From: a virus
Virus record (IMG/VR): IMGVR_UViG_3300032086_003797
Location: 96,001 to 160,000 of that record
DNA length: 64,000 nucleotides
Direction: 5' to 3' (one strand)
Within the stretch, counting starts at the first letter, position 1. Every line of letters starts with the position of its first letter. Below are positions 29,042-39,500 of the stretch, in pieces. The notes beneath the pieces were generated by a model that had not been told where the DNA came from, searched no databases, and was given only the letters and a program-made list of their open reading frames with translations. Position numbers and translations under genes: made by a program.

Positions 29042-29985
29042 CAAACAATTTACACTTTCATAATGCAACAGTATCAACCGAAGAGAAGGTACAAAAAAAC
29101 AAACATAAGCCCGCTGTATTATGGTTTACAGGTCTTTCAGGTTCAGGTAAATCTACTTTAGCAAATGCAGTAGAAGTATTGCTATTCCGAAAAGGATACC
29201 AGACACACACCTTAGATGGTGACAACGTTAGGATGGGACTCAATAGTGACCTCGGGTTCTCCCCAGAGGATAGAAAGGAAAACATCCGAAGGATTTCGGA
29301 GGTAGCTAATCTGTTGAGACAATCTGGCACAATAGTGTGCACAGCATTTATTTCACCATACCGCAAGAGTAGAAAATTTGCAAGAGAAATAATTGGAAAA
29401 GACTTTATAGAGATATATGTAAAAGCTCCATTAGAAACGTGTGAGGCTAGAGACCCTAAGGGATTATACAAAAAAGCTCGAAGCGGCGAAATCCCTAATT
29501 TTACTGGGATTAGTGCTCCCTATGAAGAGCCTAGAAGTCCAGAAATCATTGTGAACACAGCAGAGTTTAGCGTAGAAGAATGTGCTAATCACATTGTTGA
29601 GCACCTAGAGGAGAGTGGCTATTTTTCTACTATAAATGAAGTCAACGTACTGGACAAAAAAAGAACTATTGCGATTGATTTCGATGGTGTGATACATAGA
29701 TACAGTCAGGGCTTCAAGGGTCTAATGAATGCCTATGATGATCCAATGGATGGTGCAGAAGCAGCATTTGAGGTACTGAAAGGCGCAGGTAAAAGGCTGG
29801 TTATCTTGTCTTCCCGCCCATCTTCAGTAATAGAAAGCTGGCTAGAAGAAAGAGGCTTAAAGAAATACTTTGATGAAGTATCCAATTTTAAGATTCCAGC
29901 TAACACATATATCGATGATCGAGCATATAAATTTAGAAATTGGACAGATACAGTTAGAGATCTACTAGAAGGGGAAGATCGATGA
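29038..29985 (+). CDS. cysC: Adenylyl-sulfate (APS) kinase fused to a C-terminal HAD-like domain
   Basis: [50 protein letters not shown]. Then IDFDGVIH...SSR...YIDDRA (HAD). Confidence 0.92.
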   Translation: MTNNLHFHNATVSTEEKVQKNKHKPAVLWFTGLSGSGKSTLANAVEVLLFRKGYQTHTLDGDNVRMGLNSDLGFSPEDRKENIRRISEVANLLRQSGTIVCTAFISPYRKSRKFAREIIGKDFIEIYVKAPLETCEARDPKGLYKKARSGEIPNFTGISAPYEEPRSPEIIVNTAEFSVEECANHIVEHLEESGYFSTINEVNVLDKKRTIAIDFDGVIHRYSQGFKGLMNAYDDPMDGAEAAFEVLKGAGKRLVILSSRPSSVIESWLEERGLKKYFDEVSNFKIPANTYIDDRAYKFRNWTDTVRDLLEGEDR

Positions 29986-30383
29986 ATAATAGAAGAGCAA
30001 TGTTTATTGGCAGGTGGCAACCATTTCATAACGGGCATAAATGGCTTATGTCACAAAAACTTGATGAGGGTCTGCCTATTTTAATTTGTGTTAGAGATAT
30101 TCCACCCGACGAGAAAAATCCCTTTACCACAGAGCAGACTGTAAAGATGCTGGAAAAAGCATATGAAGATCACGATGTTGTCGTGATGACTATTCCAGAT
30201 ATTGATTCTGTAAACTACGGGCGGGGTGTTGGGTATGGTATTATTGAACATGTACCACCTAAAGATGTTGGCTTTATATCAGCAACTGACATTAGAAATA
30301 AAATCAAAGAAGGCGATGATTCATGGAAGCAAAATGTTGATGAAAAGATTCACGACCTTGTAGTAAAATACCTTAGCGAGTAA
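29982..30383 (+). CDS. Small HIGH-family nucleotidyltransferase (cytidylyltransferase-like)
   Basis: [12 protein letters not shown]...NPF...YGRGVGY...ISATDIR; ATGA overlap with cysC. Confidence 0.8.
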   Translation: MNNRRAMFIGRWQPFHNGHKWLMSQKLDEGLPILICVRDIPPDEKNPFTTEQTVKMLEKAYEDHDVVVMTIPDIDSVNYGRGVGYGIIEHVPPKDVGFISATDIRNKIKEGDDSWKQNVDEKIHDLVVKYLSE

Positions 30384-30385
30384 AA

Positions 30386-31375
30386 ATGTTACTAATAACT
30401 TATGGCACCAGACCCGAGTACATAAAAGTTCTTCCTGTAATAAATGAAATGAAAAAACGGTCTATACCGTATAAAACCTTCTTCACAGGACAACATACTG
30501 ATTTATTGAAAAAGGCAAGCAAGCCAGACCATATATTAGAAATAGTTGATAATGGTAACCGACTAGATTCAATTATACAATCAATATTAAACAAAGAAGA
30601 AATATTTGTCGATATAACTTGTGTGATGGTACAGGGTGACACTACGTCTGCATTTGCAACCGCCCTAGCAGCTTTTCATAGGAAGATACCTGTGGCTCAC
30701 CTGGAGGCAGGGTTACGGACATTTGATAAATATAGTCCATATCCAGAAGAGTTTAATAGGTGTGCTATTTCTGCTCTTGCGGAAATTCATCTATGCCCAA
30801 CAGATACATCAGCCGATAATCTTAAAAAAGAAGGACGCAAAAATGTTTATGTAGTTGGTAATACTGTTTTGGATAATTTATCTAACGTGGTTACGATGAA
30901 AACAAATAAGGTTGTTGTTACTCTTCATCGCCGTGAAAAACTAGATGAAATACAAAATTGGTTTAAAGTAGTAAATGATCTGGCTAAAAAACATAAGAAC
31001 CTAGACTTTATATTACCTATCCACCCCAATCCAGAAGTCAAAAAACATGCTAATATTTTATCCCATGTAAATGTTATTGATGCACTGGGGCACAAGGAGT
31101 TTATAGATCAGCTTTCAGCTTGTGCTTTTATAATAACCGATAGCGGAGGAGTTCAAGAGGAGGCTGCCTTCCTCAAGAAGCCATGTATTGTTTGCCGTGA
31201 CTTTACTGAAAGAGTGGAGGGGCTAAACACATTTTCAGTCCTCTGTAAGGAACCGAAGTCTTTAGAAAACTTGGTAGACACTTGGGCAACTAAGGTAGAT
31301 TTGTCTAATCAAACTTGCCCTTATGGCGACGGGCAATCATCGAAATATATTTGTGATATAATAAACAATATTTAA
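30386..31375 (+). CDS. wecB: UDP-N-acetylglucosamine 2-epimerase (non-hydrolysing)
   Basis: GTRPE.IK, TGQH, VQGDTTS, HLEAGLRT, PEE.NR, TLHRRE, TDSGGVQEEA, PYGDG. Confidence 0.93.
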   Translation: MLLITYGTRPEYIKVLPVINEMKKRSIPYKTFFTGQHTDLLKKASKPDHILEIVDNGNRLDSIIQSILNKEEIFVDITCVMVQGDTTSAFATALAAFHRKIPVAHLEAGLRTFDKYSPYPEEFNRCAISALAEIHLCPTDTSADNLKKEGRKNVYVVGNTVLDNLSNVVTMKTNKVVVTLHRREKLDEIQNWFKVVNDLAKKHKNLDFILPIHPNPEVKKHANILSHVNVIDALGHKEFIDQLSACAFIITDSGGVQEEAAFLKKPCIVCRDFTERVEGLNTFSVLCKEPKSLENLVDTWATKVDLSNQTCPYGDGQSSKYICDIINNI

Positions 31376-31379
31376 CAAC

Positions 31380-31408
31380 TTGACAAAAGTAGTATATTAT
31401 TATAAAGT
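31380..31408 (+). promoter_or_regulatory. Sigma70-type promoter
   Basis: TTGACA (31380-31385), 17-nt spacer, TAAAGT, in an AT-rich intergenic gap before GGAGGAG and ATG 31443. Confidence 0.6.
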
Positions 31409-31442
31409 AGAAATAAAAACCCTTTTATGGGAGGAGAATAAA

Positions 31443-31661
31443 ATGAAACTTAGTAATCAAGCAATGGGCGCTATCATGATGGCTTTGCAAAACAGTCTGA
31501 TGGAACAAACAGATATTGTTCCTGTCTTGCAATCATTTGAATTTAGCAAAACACCTAATACAAAGCGTTGGGGAACTAAGGCAGGCGAACTTATGGTGGA
31601 AAACCCACCAACAGTTAAAGCACCAGAGACGCAGACTAAACCAGTGTTTGAAACCGAATAA
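31443..31661 (+). CDS. Hypothetical protein
   Basis: Strong SD (GGAGGAG) before ATG 31443; 72 aa. Confidence 0.7.
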   Translation: MKLSNQAMGAIMMALQNSLMEQTDIVPVLQSFEFSKTPNTKRWGTKAGELMVENPPTVKAPETQTKPVFETE

Positions 31662-31915
31662 TGCCGAGATATTCTTACGAGTGTCACTCCTGCAAAAGTA
31701 TATTTGATGCAGTTCATCACCATCAACAAATTTTGCAGGAGTGTACATTCTGTGAGAGTGAAGACATAAAAAGAATTATTAGTAAAGTTTATTTGCACAA
31801 GAAAACCACTACAGACGATGCAGCGGGTAATAAAGTCAAAGAAACTATAGCAGAAACTATAGAAGAGATGAAGAAATATAAAAAGCACTCTACAAGAGAA
31901 AGAGATCATAAATGA
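31661..31915 (+). CDS. FmdB-family zinc-ribbon protein
   Basis: MPRYSYECHSC...CTFC.S...RIIS. Confidence 0.85.
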   Translation: MPRYSYECHSCKSIFDAVHHHQQILQECTFCESEDIKRIISKVYLHKKTTTDDAAGNKVKETIAETIEEMKKYKKHSTRERDHK

Positions 31916-32208
31916 CAGGCTGGGTACTATTGATACTTCACTTGTTATTCGACATCGCAATTGTATGGTATGTGCGTGAGATGTTATTAAGATTTAGTAT
32001 GTTATCACAAGGCTTTGATGATATAAAAACTGTACTAGATGAGTATACAGATCATGTGGAAGAAATCAGTAAGATGGAAGCATACTACGGTGATGAAACT
32101 ATTTTAAATCTACTTCGACACTCCAATGATACGAGAGAATACCTAGAAGAATATAGGACCCTATTTTCTCTAGAAGAAGAAGGGGATCTAGAAAATGCAG
32201 AAAGCTAA
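31912..32208 (+). CDS. Hypothetical protein with N-terminal transmembrane helix
   Basis: Hydrophobic residues 4-21 followed by an acidic helical region. Confidence 0.6.
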   Translation: MTGWVLLILHLLFDIAIVWYVREMLLRFSMLSQGFDDIKTVLDEYTDHVEEISKMEAYYGDETILNLLRHSNDTREYLEEYRTLFSLEEEGDLENAES

Positions 32209-32908
32209 ACCAAGAGCTAAAAGAGCAAAGAGTAAAAGTAAAAAGAATCATTATTTTACAAAAGATACTGAAATGGCAATTGTAGAATATGCCAGGACTG
32301 AAGATATTACCTATCGAACCAAATTATACATAGAGCATATCCAACCAGCATTCAATGAGTTGGTGGACAAAATAGTATACACATACAAATTTACTTCTTT
32401 GCAAAATGTGGATAATCACAAAGAAGACTGTAAAATATGGCTGACTACAATCTTGGATAAATATAATCCAGATCGTGGTACTAAGGCTTTTTCTTATTTT
32501 TCAGTAGTTACAAAGAATTGGTTCACACACAAGGCTAAGAAGCAAACCAAAAGAAACAAAAGAGAAATAGAGTTTGGTTCTGTAATAAAAGAAATAGATA
32601 TCATCAACAGTAATGAAAAGGGCACTATTGAGGATAGCCTTGAAGACCAGCAGTTTTGGGCTTTTTTACTGACAGAAGTAAGTAAGTGGGGTGATGAAGA
32701 TCTCCGAGAAAACGAAAGAAAAGTATTGGATGCTATTCAAACCCTAATGAATAACATCGAACAGATCGAGATTTTTAATAAAAAAGCTATTTATTTATAC
32801 ATGCGTGAAATCACTGGGCTGAATACAAAGCAGATAGTAAGCAGCCTAAAGAGGTTACGACAAAAATATGCTGACTTTAGAAAAAGATGGCTTGAAGGCG
32901 AGGTATAA
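32195..32908 (+). CDS. Phage RNA polymerase sigma-factor-like protein (candidate late sigma)
   Basis: HYFT...AI.EY, KYNPDRGTKAFSYFSVVTKNWF (sigma region 2, like T4 gp55 F.YF), and C-terminal HTH-like REITGLNTKQIVSSLKRLR. Confidence 0.65.
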   Translation: MQKAKPRAKRAKSKSKKNHYFTKDTEMAIVEYARTEDITYRTKLYIEHIQPAFNELVDKIVYTYKFTSLQNVDNHKEDCKIWLTTILDKYNPDRGTKAFSYFSVVTKNWFTHKAKKQTKRNKREIEFGSVIKEIDIINSNEKGTIEDSLEDQQFWAFLLTEVSKWGDEDLRENERKVLDAIQTLMNNIEQIEIFNKKAIYLYMREITGLNTKQIVSSLKRLRQKYADFRKRWLEGEV

Positions 32909-32912
32909 ATGA

Positions 32913-33206
32913 ATGGGACAGAACTTAGATGTGTTAATAACCAAGGCTCTTCTTAATATAGAGCAGGACAGAAATACAACTGAAGAGTTGCTGGGGGAGT
33001 TAAAAGATTATCTCTCAGGAGCCAAAGACAGATATGCAGAATCTGGAACCGTTGCTGCCAAGCTGGTGGAAACCTTACAGCGTTCAAATGAACAATTAGT
33101 TAAGCTCGCTGCAATAGTGCATAAAAAAGAGTCTACAAACAAAAGCCAATCACTAACAGAAGAAGATAAGGATGATCTCTTTGACATGATCCAAGGACAG
33201 GGATAA
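32913..33206 (+). CDS. Hypothetical helical protein
   Basis: 97 aa, GAGG SD, adjoining the next gene. Confidence 0.65.
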   Translation: MGQNLDVLITKALLNIEQDRNTTEELLGELKDYLSGAKDRYAESGTVAAKLVETLQRSNEQLVKLAAIVHKKESTNKSQSLTEEDKDDLFDMIQGQG

Positions 33207-35591
33207 ATGTCCGTAGAGAACAAAAGTCAAAAAGCTACCGTGCTTGAATTATTTCAAAAGATGCACGAAGAGAAAAGTTATAACACCAATGCTTATAGTC
33301 TTACAAACCCAAAAGACTCTGGTGAAACTTTCAAGGAAATACAGCAAGAAAGAAATTCAACAGATAGCTTTGCAGGGCGCACTTGGTTCCCAGCTATGGT
33401 GGTTCATAATTTAGAAAGTAAAGTCAGAACACCCTCAATAGGTGATAGAGAATTGATCGGTGGTCATAAACTTGTATACACCGCAACAGGTGATAAATCT
33501 ATATCCGTCAGATGCTTAGTACCAGGGATGGTCCTACGCCACCCTACATCAATTGATGATTCAATTATCAAACAATATCCCAGATTTACATGCGATCTAA
33601 ACACAATCAATTCGATCCCACCAGTTGGTTCAATTTTGATGGTAATGTGGAATGATAAAAACATAAGAAACGGTGGTATCATACTCGGATATGCTCTAGG
33701 CGGGCAAAAACAACAAGATGATTTTAGTATATTTACGGCGGCAGAATCTTGCGGCGAAGTAGTGCCAAACAAGATGAAAACAACTCATGCAGCAGGAGAG
33801 TCGCTACCAGCAAATAATATAGCGCAACAAGCTGAAATAAAAGTAGAGAACACTACCCCTGACCCAAAAGAGGTAGAGTCCTTAGCTAGCGCCGCCGCCC
33901 CAAATAGCCGATGGACAACAACTGATCAGCCACCACCAGGCTCTTCTGCTCCAGTAAAAGCTGAAACAAAAAAGAATCCTCAAACTCCAGCAGAGGTGCC
34001 AAAAACAATAGAGCCCGCACCTAAGCAGCCAAGTTATGAGATAATATGTAATAAATCATACCAGCTTAGCGAGACTACTGAAGAAGGAAATGGCGTATCC
34101 CCTAATCACGAGCAGTCAAGAAGGGGAGACACATCAAATAAATTTTGTAGAGTAGAAGAGTTAGCAAAGAGGGTAGGGATACCACCAAGATTATTATTAG
34201 CATTTATGGAAGTAGAAAGTAAAGGTAATGCCCGTGCTGTAAGGTTTGAACCACATATATTTGTAGGCGGAATAAGATCACGAAATATCGATAAAGCAAG
34301 ACCAGATCTAATAAATAAAGTACCCTGGACTCCTCGTAATCCAAAACCACCAGCAAGTAAAGATAGAGCATGGTATATTTCCAGAGTGAATAAGGAAACT
34401 AATAGAGCCGCTTTCAACAAGGCATATGCTTTAGACCCAGTAGCTGCTATTCAATCAACTTCATTCGGTCAATTTCAGGTCATGGGTCGAAATTTGCTTA
34501 AGGAGTTTAAGAATAACCCTGTATCAGCCATGCAAGCTTATGATAGCGATCCTGAGGCTGTCTCGGATAGACTTCTTATAACATGGATTGAGGGTAGTTA
34601 TCATTGGCGTCGTGTCGCAAAAGCAGGAGCTAGAACAGGAAACTATGATTTTATCAAATTAGCAACTTATTATAACGGTCGTGGTCAAGCTGAAAAATAC
34701 GGTAATTTACTGAAGGAAGCTTACGATAGACTTGAGGGAACAGATATACTTTGTCGAGACAACATACCAGTTGGCAATCCTCGACCTGCCCCGCCACCCC
34801 CAGAAGAGGACGGACTTACGCTCGATTCCTGGGTTAGGGGTAAATTTAAAGGCGCAATCCCAGCTATTGAAATAATTAAGGATGGTCCCGTTAGATCTGC
34901 TAAGGGAAAAAAAGGCTTAATAGCAAAAAGCTTAGAAGAGCCGATCAAAAATATGATAGCAGCATATAAAAAAGATGTTCCTAATGGACCAGCGTTACAA
35001 ATAAATTCTACATATAGATCATATGATGTACAGCTTAAAGCCAGAAGAGACCTTCTAAAGCCTAAATGGAGAGAAGAGTACAACCGCCGTGGCGGCGAAG
35101 GCAATGCTGCCGCTGAAAAATGGTTAGCCAGCCGATCACCGCAAAGAAAATATTTTAGAATACCTGTGGCTAGACCTGGTTACTCTAATCACAACTCTGG
35201 CATAGCGGTAGATTTCCAAACATCTGCTGGCGGCGGCATGGCTTTCAAGCGAAAAAAATCAACATATAAAGAAGACAGGTTTTATGATCATAGAGCAAAA
35301 ACCAGAAGATATAAAGGAAAGCAGGCGCATAACTGGCAAGGCACTAAAAATGATGAGGTTCAGCCGTGGAAATGGATGGCAGAAAATGCACACAGGTATG
35401 GATTCATAAGAACTGTAACGTCAGAACGATGGCACTTTGTTTATGTGGGATCAAGCGCACCATCAAAGAGATTCTCTAAGGTTAAGAAAAGCCATGGTAG
35501 CTGGGATGGTTTAGCAGGAGTGGTGCCTGATAAAGAACAGGCACGTCGAAGGCGAGCAGAACAAGCTCGACGAAGAAGTCAAGGGAGTTAA
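33207..35591 (+). CDS. Baseplate hub-associated peptidoglycan hydrolase: N-acetylmuramidase (DUF3380-like) + M15/VanY-like peptidase
   Basis: AFMEVES.G...RFEPHIF...STSFGQFQVMG.N...YYNG (about 34150-34735). NSTYRS..Q...ARPGYSNHNSGIAVD...ERWHF (about 34910-35450). N-terminal P.VG..V.V OB-like segment. Confidence 0.8.
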   Translation: MSVENKSQKATVLELFQKMHEEKSYNTNAYSLTNPKDSGETFKEIQQERNSTDSFAGRTWFPAMVVHNLESKVRTPSIGDRELIGGHKLVYTATGDKSISVRCLVPGMVLRHPTSIDDSIIKQYPRFTCDLNTINSIPPVGSILMVMWNDKNIRNGGIILGYALGGQKQQDDFSIFTAAESCGEVVPNKMKTTHAAGESLPANNIAQQAEIKVENTTPDPKEVESLASAAAPNSRWTTTDQPPPGSSAPVKAETKKNPQTPAEVPKTIEPAPKQPSYEIICNKSYQLSETTEEGNGVSPNHEQSRRGDTSNKFCRVEELAKRVGIPPRLLLAFMEVESKGNARAVRFEPHIFVGGIRSRNIDKARPDLINKVPWTPRNPKPPASKDRAWYISRVNKETNRAAFNKAYALDPVAAIQSTSFGQFQVMGRNLLKEFKNNPVSAMQAYDSDPEAVSDRLLITWIEGSYHWRRVAKAGARTGNYDFIKLATYYNGRGQAEKYGNLLKEAYDRLEGTDILCRDNIPVGNPRPAPPPPEEDGLTLDSWVRGKFKGAIPAIEIIKDGPVRSAKGKKGLIAKSLEEPIKNMIAAYKKDVPNGPALQINSTYRSYDVQLKARRDLLKPKWREEYNRRGGEGNAAAEKWLASRSPQRKYFRIPVARPGYSNHNSGIAVDFQTSAGGGMAFKRKKSTYKEDRFYDHRAKTRRYKGKQAHNWQGTKNDEVQPWKWMAENAHRYGFIRTVTSERWHFVYVGSSAPSKRFSKVKKSHGSWDGLAGVVPDKEQARRRRAEQARRRSQGS

Positions 35592-35593
35592 TA

Positions 35594-36514
35594 ATGGCAG
35601 GCGGTACAAGAATAAAAGCTGTAGACCAAACAGGTGTTTCAGGCGATAGAAATAAAGTAAAACAGGGACCAGGCAATAAATCTCTCGGCGGGTCAAATTC
35701 TAGATTAGTAGAACCACATGGAAACTACAATCAGGTAGATTCTGAAACAATATACCAAGGAGAGAACAACAACTTTATAATTCTTGGACGTGATCGCCCG
35801 AGTGACCCAAACAGTGGTTATGGTGGTAAGGGACACTCACACACTTCAACCATTAGAATAGTGGCAGGTTTGCATGGAAGGAATGTAAAAGAAGAAAAAA
35901 TCATTTCTGAAAACCCACGCAAGACAGAACCCCAATTTTTGAACCCCGATCCTGTTCTAGACGCTGCTACCATATATTTGTCTCAAAAAACAGATATAGA
36001 TAGGAATTTTCATATAAACACAGGTGGTCGATATGGTGCCCCTAAAGGTCGATCCGCAGCCCTCATGAAAGCAGATTGTATTAGGCTTGTTGGTCGTGAG
36101 GGTGTTAAGATAATTACTGGGACCGATAAAAAGAATTCACTGGGCAAACCAATCACAAAACCAATTGGTATTGAGCTAATAGCAGGTAACGATACATCGG
36201 ATATGCAACCAATAGCAAAAGGTAAAAGCGTGGTCAAAGCCTTTGAAGATATGACTGAATTAGTGAAACAGCTTAGTATGATTGTAGAGAAGCAGGGTAT
36301 TGCGATTAATGCACTGGCTGCTGGCGGAATCCCAACTCCTTTTGGTATAGCAGCATACCCTCTCCTGCCAGTTGGTGCAGCAACTGCGCTTACGTTTAAT
36401 ACTATTGCTATGTCATTTATTGCAACCTTTCAAGGAAACCTGGCTAACTTCAAAGAGTTGAAACTAAAATACGATAAAAACAAAATCTATAGTAGATATA
36501 ATATGACAAACTAG
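35594..36514 (+). CDS. Putative baseplate spike/hub-associated protein
   Basis: Beta-strand-rich middle (KAD.IRLVGREGVKIIT); lies between the hydrolase and wedge genes. Confidence 0.4.
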   Translation: MAGGTRIKAVDQTGVSGDRNKVKQGPGNKSLGGSNSRLVEPHGNYNQVDSETIYQGENNNFIILGRDRPSDPNSGYGGKGHSHTSTIRIVAGLHGRNVKEEKIISENPRKTEPQFLNPDPVLDAATIYLSQKTDIDRNFHINTGGRYGAPKGRSAALMKADCIRLVGREGVKIITGTDKKNSLGKPITKPIGIELIAGNDTSDMQPIAKGKSVVKAFEDMTELVKQLSMIVEKQGIAINALAAGGIPTPFGIAAYPLLPVGAATALTFNTIAMSFIATFQGNLANFKELKLKYDKNKIYSRYNMTN

Positions 36515-36523
36515 GAAATATAG

Positions 36524-39500
36524 ATGGCACACAGTTTTGAGGACCTATACAATTTATACAGAAATCAGCCAGATGGACCTGATGCTGAGATTGCCTATTT
36601 TAGGCAAAATGGTATAAGACAAATAAATGTAAATGTTCGTGATGACCAAGCAACGGTGGTCATGATTGATGCTAACGGGCAAACTCACAGAGCTACAGGC
36701 AGAGTGCCTCAAGAAGAGGTGCCACCTCAAGCAGCACAAGAAGATCTTGGGTATGAGGGGAAGATTACATCAGACCCTTTATCTGTTGAGGAAAGATCGA
36801 TCATAGACCCCAATCCAGATATAGCCATATTTACAAATCAAGATGCATTTCATGGAAGTTACCCAGAAGATCGCCTACAGGAGTTAGGGATAACAAATCA
36901 AGGCACATGGTTCAATACATATAGGGAAGGATTGAGATATCGTTATAACCCCCCAAGCGAAGATATAAATAATCCAACCTCGCCTGAAGACGCCGCTCGG
37001 ATAACGGAGACATCAAAGTTAAAGTTTAAGTATAAACTTATAAAACAGCAAGCTACTAAATTAGCACCAATGTCTTTCCCATTCACAGTGGAAACAAGAG
37101 GGGCTAACAGGGTGCCGTTTAATCGTGCTTTCCCACCAGTTAAGGTTGAATTTACTCTATTGGATGCAATTTATTTTGCCACTCTACATCCTCATATAAT
37201 AGCAGGGTTCACAGTAGAAAGTAGAGGTTTCCTGTTTAGAGAAACAAAATATAAATTTCTATATCTGGAAAAAACCTCTACAGAGGATGAACCAGGCACT
37301 AGACTAGCAAGAGAAATAATGGTTGGTAGGGGCATGTACACGCAAACTGCAACTGCATCTACAAGAAAACCAGTTATGCCTTTAACTGCCCAGACTATCC
37401 CTACTAAGGCAGAACAAAAGGAATTGGACAGCACAACTGCATCCCTATCAGCACAAGAAAATCAAGAAAAACAAAAACAAGCAGAGCGTAGGTCTGCGGG
37501 AACAAGCAGAAACGCATCACTCCAAATGGATGGGACTAAGCCTCTTGGTAGGCAGGTATTATATGCAAAAATATTGGAAGACGGAGCAGTTTGGGTATCA
37601 CAGTTACCTAATGCGAAGCCTAGCGCAGATCCAAGTGTAGGGGAAACATCCTTAGCTAGCAGCATAACTAATAGTCATTTGAATAGGATAGTGCAAGCCG
37701 CAGGTGACGACGGATTACTGGATGATGAGAACGATGGAAAATGGTCAAATATAAATGAGTACACAGGTGATTTTTATGATACTACCACCGACCCTGGTAG
37801 AGAGAAATTTGCTTACGAAATAAAAAAGGTCGGCAATACTGTTTATATACAGAAGCTAGAAAAAGTTCAAAATGTAACACCTACTGAACAGAAACAAGAA
37901 GCGGACGCCAGTGCTATAACTTCCAACAACAGAACAGAAGATGCATATAACTATGATGACTGGACAACCAATATTAACTCTGATAGAGGCGTCCCCAATT
38001 CTTATTACAACCCCAGGTACCCTGAGTCAGTTGCTGTAGCCAAGGATGAAGGTTCTTATTTTGTGGTGATGAAAGCCCCCGCAGATGTTGAGGATAGTTT
38101 AGATTATCGAGCCGAAGAAGCTGAGCTAAAGGAATTGATGTATCGTGCTTTGTGCAACCACCTAAACAAGCCGATAACTGATATGCCTAGCACTCTGAGC
38201 CATGAGATGAAGACTCACTTTGACCCAAGGCCAAATTCAGCGCCACTTATAGCCTTGATAATAAAGAAGACAGAATTTGATAAGTCAGCAGCATCTGGCA
38301 ATATTAAAACTGATCTAGATGAACTAACCCTCCAGAGGGCTATATTGACCAGTCAAAAAAGGTCAGAAAAAAATATATCTTTTACTTTAGAAAAGATGGA
38401 CCCTTTATTCGAGACAGCTTCGCACATTGTTAGAAAATATGCACGCATTGTTGCTGGACAGGGATTGGGCTCGGCTGATATAGGAGTCAATTTATATAAG
38501 CAATATATGGCTCTATCTAAGTTTACTAGTAAGGTAAGATCAGCTTTAGCCCACAATGGTGTATATCCAGATGCAAGTGACCAAATAGAAATAGGATTTA
38601 CAAACGATTATCAAATGCTGCACATTATACATAAATCTAGGATGTATTTCAGTGGCTTTAAGAGGGCAACAATAGATAATGAAATAGCTGTTACTTTGGA
38701 AATAGATTCTATACAAGACCAACCAGAGGGACAGTTTCCATCACAATTAGAGAGCGACAAAAACTATTTTAGGATCTACAAGCAGACTGAATTTGGGTAT
38801 GTGTTTTTTGCAGAGGAGATAGTAAAAAACAACCCACCAAATGCTAGCGATCGAAAACTCACACCGTGGGTAGACTTTGTTCGACTTTATACATACCCTG
38901 CACCAACTATCAACCCAACTAAAGTTAACAATAAAAATAAACTTACCGATGACGGGGATGACCAGATACCATCTCAAAGCCTAACAGATACGGGATCAGA
39001 GATTGAATCTGATGATATTATAGGGAGTTCGCAGGTAGCATATGTAGATAAATCAGCGAGTAAGCCTGGCACACAGATAAGGACAGTAACACAGTCTCAA
39101 AAAGAATCTGAAGCCATCAATATTCGATCCTTCATTGAGAAGAAACAGAAAATAGAAAGAAAGGCAAAATCTTTAGAGCCGCTAGTAGAAGATGCAGTCA
39201 TGAACTGTGGTAATTTACCACAATTACTAGATCAGATCAAGGAGTTATCTGATTTGTTTGATTTGGTATTAGATCAAATTTCATTAGATGAACTGTTTGC
39301 AGCCCTACGAGATTCGCTCCTGCAAGATTTGCAAAAATTATTTGCTATGAAAGATTTAGCAGAAGGCTACACGCCAGGAGCTTTCGCAGGCGCTGGAGAT
39401 CAAGGAGAAGGTCTTGATACCACTCTTTCTACAAGAGCATCAAAACTTGTTTGCGCTCCTTCTTCTGAGTTTGAGGACTTTTTACAAAACGACCTGGCTT

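Noticed and set aside
23171-29985. Transketolase, RpiB and CysC as central-metabolism auxiliary metabolic genes
   Set aside because: Truncated or fused architectures embedded among glycan genes point to donor synthesis for glycans instead.
11809-31375. Bacterial LPS/capsule locus (host contamination or chimeric assembly)
   Set aside because: Continuous strand and gene overlaps with phage genes on both sides, and no wzx/wzy/wzm/wzt or priming transferase. Read mapping would be needed to exclude a chimera fully.
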